A stretch of 14,376 bases of DNA, taken from positions 1-14,376 of the forward strand of contig JBDZWC010000077.1 of the NCBI GenBank assembly GCA_040256005.1, written 5' to 3'. Source of the DNA: Deinococcaceae bacterium (lineage in GTDB: Bacteria; Deinococcota; Deinococci; Deinococcales; Trueperaceae). The position numbers and the translations under genes are program-made. The notes beneath the pieces were generated by a model. That model ran no database searches. It saw nothing but the letters and a program-made list of their open reading frames with translations, and was not told where the DNA came from. This document shows positions 8,746-14,376 of this stretch, piece after piece; within the stretch, counting starts at the first letter, position 1, and every line of letters starts with the position of its first letter.

Positions 8746-9846
8746 TCACTCCAGCCATAGCAGCCTGCCGTCCTCCAGGAACGGTTCGCCGTCGACGCTG
8801 ACGCTGCCGCCGTCCCGGAGGTCGCAGACCAGGTCCCAGTGGATCGCGCTGTCGTTGACGCCCCCCGTCGACTCGTAGGACCTGCCCAGGGCGAGGTGAA
8901 CGGTGCCGAGGATCTTCTCGTCGTACAGCGTCTTGAGGGTGGGCACGCGGATGTGTGGGTTGGTGCCGATGCCGATCTCCCCGAGGTACCTCGCGCCGGC
9001 GTCGGTGGCGAGCTGAGCGTCGAGCACCTCCTGGCCCTTGTCGGCGGTGGCCTCCACCACCTGGCCCGCCTCGAAGCGCAGGCGGACGCCCTCGACCACC
9101 GAGCCCTTGACACCGCTGGGGACGGTGAAGGTGATCACGCCGAAGGCGCTGTCCTCCAGCGGGCTCGTGAACACCTCGCCCGAGGGCATGTTGCGTCGGC
9201 CGTCGGAGTTGGCCCACGGCCGGCCCTTCACGCTCAGCGTCAGGTCCGTGCCTGGGCCCCGCAACGTGATGACGTCTGCGCTCGCGAGGCGGTCGACGAG
9301 GGCCTGTTGGCGCCTGCCCAGCTCCAGCCACCGCGCAGCGGGGTCGTCGTCGAACAGGAACATCGCATCGAACACGAAGCGCTCGAAGGCGTCCGATGAC
9401 ATCTGCGCCTCCTGTGCGGCCGCCGGCGTGGGGAAGAGGGTGGTCACCCAGCGGGTGTGCTCCACACGGCGTCTGCCCACCGGTGCGTTGCGCCTGTCGA
9501 GAGCCGCCAGCCGGCGACGGTCGACCTCCTGCAGCTCCCGCGAGTTCGTCTGCGCCGCTACGTTGATGAAGGCGTCCATCGCCTCCATCTCGCGCAGCTG
9601 CACGGTCGCCTCCGAAGCGAGCAGTTCGTCCGTTGCCAGCTCGAGCACATCGCGGACCGCCTGCGGGTAATGCAGCCGCAGGAACGGCTCCCCGCCCGCC
9701 TCCAGCACGGCCCGCGACAGCGGCCGGGCGAGGTCTACCGCGGCCAGGTCCACGCTCAGCATGACCTTGTCGCCGGGAGCGACCCTCACGCAGTAGCCCG
9801 CCAGCAGCCGGGCGTAGGCCGCCAGCGGCAGATGGCCCCCGGTCAC
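8746..9846 (-). CDS. Aminopeptidase, peptidase family M29 (AmpT/PepS-like)
   Basis: NMPSGEVFTSP, YLGEIGIGTN, LYDEKILGTVHLALGRSY, NDSAIHWDLV metal-binding motifs. GTG start with GGAGG upstream. Confidence 0.93.
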   Translation of the reverse strand: MTGGHLPLAAYARLLAGYCVRVAPGDKVMLSVDLAAVDLARPLSRAVLEAGGEPFLRLHYPQAVRDVLELATDELLASEATVQLREMEAMDAFINVAAQTNSRELQEVDRRRLAALDRRNAPVGRRRVEHTRWVTTLFPTPAAAQEAQMSSDAFERFVFDAMFLFDDDPAARWLELGRRQQALVDRLASADVITLRGPGTDLTLSVKGRPWANSDGRRNMPSGEVFTSPLEDSAFGVITFTVPSGVKGSVVEGVRLRFEAGQVVEATADKGQEVLDAQLATDAGARYLGEIGIGTNPHIRVPTLKTLYDEKILGTVHLALGRSYESTGGVNDSAIHWDLVCDLRDGGSVSVDGEPFLEDGRLLWLE

Positions 9847-9924
9847 GCGCGCGCCTCCACAGGGCGGCCGTCACTAGCTGCCAGACGTACGGGGGAAGCG
9901 CTGCTGTAGTGACTCACGAGTGCG

Positions 9925-9943
9925 ATGCTAACCGGCCTATCAT
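9925..9943. promoter_or_regulatory. Back-to-back -10 boxes for the aminopeptidase (-) and pseudouridine synthase (+)
   Basis: Minus strand TAGCAT (9930-9925). Plus strand TATCAT (9938-9943), 5 nt before GTG 9949, which has no SD. Confidence 0.5.
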
Positions 9944-9948
9944 GCCGC

Positions 9949-10653
9949 GTGACAGGTGACCGGCTGCAGAAGGTGATGGCCCGCGCCGGCATCGCGAGTC
10001 GTCGCAAGGCCGAGGAGCTCATCGCCGCCGGCAGGGTGACCGTGAACGGTCGCGTGGCCGTCCTCGGGGACAGGGTGGGCGCTGGCGACGACGTGCGGCT
10101 CGACGGTCGCCCGGTGGCCACACCGAAGGACCACGTCACGTACATGCTCAACAAGCCCGCCGGCTACGTCTCCACCACCAGCGACGAGCGCGGCCGCCCG
10201 ACGGTCATGGAGCTCGTGCCGTCATCTCCCGGCCTCCATCCGGTGGGAAGGCTCGACCTGGAGTCGGAGGGCCTACTGCTCCTCACCACGGACGGTGACC
10301 TCACCCTGTCCCTCACCCACCCGCGCTACGGGCACGAGAAGGAGTACCGCGTGTGGACCGCACCCGAGTACGTCCCGGACGAGGTCGTGGCGAAGCTGGC
10401 GGCCGGCGTCGATCTCGAAGACGGGCCGGCGGCGGCGTCCGCGAGGCGCGTGCCGGGAGGCGCGGTGCTGGTCCTCCGGGAGGGCCGCAAGCGGCAGGTG
10501 CGGAGGATGTTCGCCGCCCTGGGGTTCGAGGTCGATCGCCTCGTCAGGACCCGGATCGGTTCGCTGGAGCTGGGCGACCTGCCGCCCGGCGGGCACAGGC
10601 GGCTCGGCGCGGAAGACCTCGAGCGCCTCGGAGCGACGGAACCCCTGGTATGA
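9949..10653 (+). CDS. rluB: rRNA pseudouridine synthase, RsuA/RluB family with N-terminal S4 domain (234 aa)
   Basis: DRLQKVMARAGIASRRKAEELI..GRVTVNG (S4), LNKPAG, catalytic HPVGRLD, HPRY..EKEY, EGRKRQVRRM, L.R.RIG. Start placed at GTG 9949 (ORF track gives 9925). The family is secure; the RluB paralogue call is less so. Confidence 0.88.
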   Translation: MTGDRLQKVMARAGIASRRKAEELIAAGRVTVNGRVAVLGDRVGAGDDVRLDGRPVATPKDHVTYMLNKPAGYVSTTSDERGRPTVMELVPSSPGLHPVGRLDLESEGLLLLTTDGDLTLSLTHPRYGHEKEYRVWTAPEYVPDEVVAKLAAGVDLEDGPAAASARRVPGGAVLVLREGRKRQVRRMFAALGFEVDRLVRTRIGSLELGDLPPGGHRRLGAEDLERLGATEPLV

Positions 10654-10654
10654 T
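10646..10654 (+). promoter_or_regulatory. Putative internal extended -10 promoter for hpt, overlapping the rluB stop codon
   Basis: TG-G-TATGAT; the TGA inside it is the rluB stop (10651-10653). Confidence 0.5.
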
Positions 10655-10657
10655 CGC

Positions 10658-10681
10658 CGCGTCCGGCCGCGGCCGGACGCG
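10658..10681. repeat. Perfect 24-bp palindrome between rluB and hpt
   Basis: CGCGTCCGGCCG|CGGCCGGACGCG is its own reverse complement. No U-tract follows. Confidence 0.85.
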
Positions 10682-10702
10682 AGTACCACCCCGGAGCGAC
10701 AG

Positions 10703-11245
10703 ATGACTGACGGTAGCCACTTCCGGCCGGGCCCCGGCCAAGTCCAGATCTCACGAGCCGACATCCATGAGCGGATCCAGGAGCTCGGCGCGGAGATCCG
10801 CCGGGATCATCAGGGCCAGGACCTCCACTTGATCTGCGTTCTGAACGGTGCTTTCATCTTCATGGCCGACCTCGTGCGCGCCATCGACATGCCGCTCTCT
10901 GTCGACTTCCTGTCGGTATCGAGCTACGGGTCAGGCACCAAGACGTCGGGGCGCGTGAAGCTGATCAAGGACCTCGACCTGCCCATCGCCGGCAAGCACG
11001 TCATCCTCGTCGAGGACATCGTCGACACGGGCATCACGATGGACTACCTGCTGCGCTACCTGCAGAACCACCAGCCCGCGAGCGTGAAGGTTGCGGCGCT
11101 CCTCTCCAAGCCGTCACGGCGCCAGGTCGACGTGCCCGTCGACTACCTCGGTTTCACGATCGACGACGCGTTCGTCTACGGCTACGGCCTCGACGTGGAC
11201 CACCGGTACCGCAACCTCCCGTTCGTCACCAGCCAGGAGGGCTGA
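10703..11245 (+). CDS. hpt: Hypoxanthine phosphoribosyltransferase (180 aa)
   Basis: ICVLNGAFIFMADL, VSSYG, PRPP-binding VILVEDIVDTGIT, FVYGYGLD..YRNLP. ATG 10703 with GGAG 6 nt upstream. Confidence 0.97.
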   Translation: MTDGSHFRPGPGQVQISRADIHERIQELGAEIRRDHQGQDLHLICVLNGAFIFMADLVRAIDMPLSVDFLSVSSYGSGTKTSGRVKLIKDLDLPIAGKHVILVEDIVDTGITMDYLLRYLQNHQPASVKVAALLSKPSRRQVDVPVDYLGFTIDDAFVYGYGLDVDHRYRNLPFVTSQEG

Positions 11246-11264
11246 TGCGTCTCACGGGCCGCCG

Positions 11265-12406
11265 TTGAGGTACCGGTCCAGGCGACTGGCGCTGATGGTG
11301 CTGGCGCTGCTGGCGGGCGCCCTGGCCACCCTGTCGGTGTCCTCCGCCCTCCGGGACGTCGAGCCTCCACGCCTCTACTACGAGGTCGAGAACCGCCTCC
11401 CGGTCGGCGCCAGCGCCCTGCTCTTCGTCAGCGCCAACGAGCCGGTCACGTACGTGGTGAGCTACGCCGGCGACGACTTCCGTGCGGTCGACCAGGACCA
11501 TACCTTCGTCCTGGACGTAGCTCCCGGCGTCAACGAGGCGTCCGTCGCCGCCACTGACGCCTCCGGCAACGAGACCGTCGTCACCGTGCCCATCACCGGC
11601 ATCGAACCGGTGCGAGTGCGGGTCGACGTCGCGGAGAGGGTGCGAGCCGGGGACCCGCTGGGCGTGTTGATAGACGTGAGCGACGACGGCGCGGGCGTGA
11701 CGGGCGTGGGCGCGACCTTCGCCGACGCCCCGGTGAGGCTCCTCGAGACGGCCGACGGCTACCGCGCCGTTGTCCCGACCCCGTTCGAGGTGGAGGAGAG
11801 CGCGGCCGACCTGATCGTTGACGTGACAGACGAGTTCGGGCGCCATGTGTCGAGCGCGCACCACGTCGTTCTCGACCCGCTCCCGGTCAGCGTCGAGCAG
11901 TTGCGGATCCCGGCCAGCGTCCTGTCCGCGGTCACGCCCGAGGCCCAGGCGCAGGAGCGCCAACTGATGGAAGAGGGCGTGGCCGCGGGCGGCGGGCCAC
12001 CGAAGTGGACAGAGCCCTTCCTCATGCCCATCACCGGGACCGAGACGAGCGGCTTCGCCGACGCCAGGCGTTACGCCGAGGGTGGCCCGGTCTCCTACCA
12101 CAACGGCCTGGACCTGGCCGCTCCCATGGGCACGCCGGTGCACGCGACCAACGACGGTGTCGTCGTCGTGGCGGGACAGTACGCCGTGAAGGGCGGTTGG
12201 GTGATGCTGGATCACGGGTTCGGCGTCTACAGCCACTACTTCCACATGAGCCGCGTCGACGTCGAGCCGGGCCAGCGCGTAGCCCGGGGCGACGTGATAG
12301 GCCTGGTGGGCACCACCGGCCTGTCCACCGGCCCTCACCTGCACTGGGAGATGCGTCTCGACCTCGCTCCCAGCAACCCGCTGCTGTGGGCGGACAAGGT
12401 CTGGCC

Positions 12407-12410
<4 letters not shown>
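11265..12410 (+). CDS. Exported or membrane-anchored M23 family metallopeptidase (about 381 aa)
   Basis: Basic then hydrophobic N-terminus (RYRSRRLALMVLALLAGALATLSV), a beta-rich middle region (ATDASGNET, VTDEFGR), and C-terminal HxxxD (HNGLD), YFHMS and HxH (STGPHLHWE). Start uncertain: TTG 11265 is in frame, while the SD-led ATG 11245 is out of frame. Confidence 0.88.

Positions 12411-14376
<1,966 letters not shown>

Overview
A GC-rich (roughly 70% by eye), gene-dense housekeeping region, most likely from a Deinococcota genome. That placement is my inference from the ClpC N-terminus, the HPRT 'VLNG' and 'VYGYGLD' variants, and -10 boxes sitting directly before start codons. Left to right: a minus-strand clpC-radA-PIN/TRAM (YacL-like, runs off the left edge) cluster; divergent glyQ-glyS (alpha2beta2 glycyl-tRNA synthetase); a 13-bp hairpin; tRNA-Leu(CAG) on the minus strand; a 3-hydroxybutyrate dehydrogenase-like SDR; a convergent M29 aminopeptidase; an RluB-like pseudouridine synthase, hpt, an exported M23 peptidase and an exported GH13 alpha-amylase; and the 5' part of trpS. 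I found no mobile element, CRISPR array or defence island, and I cannot support a new multi-gene system here. The signals worth checking are small and regulatory: three tiny ORFs overlapping the starts of radA, the aminopeptidase and the M23 gene (the last may instead be a 1-nt frameshift), two compact divergent -10 arrangements, and structured clpC and glyQ leaders. All of these are candidates read by eye, without folding or homology searches.
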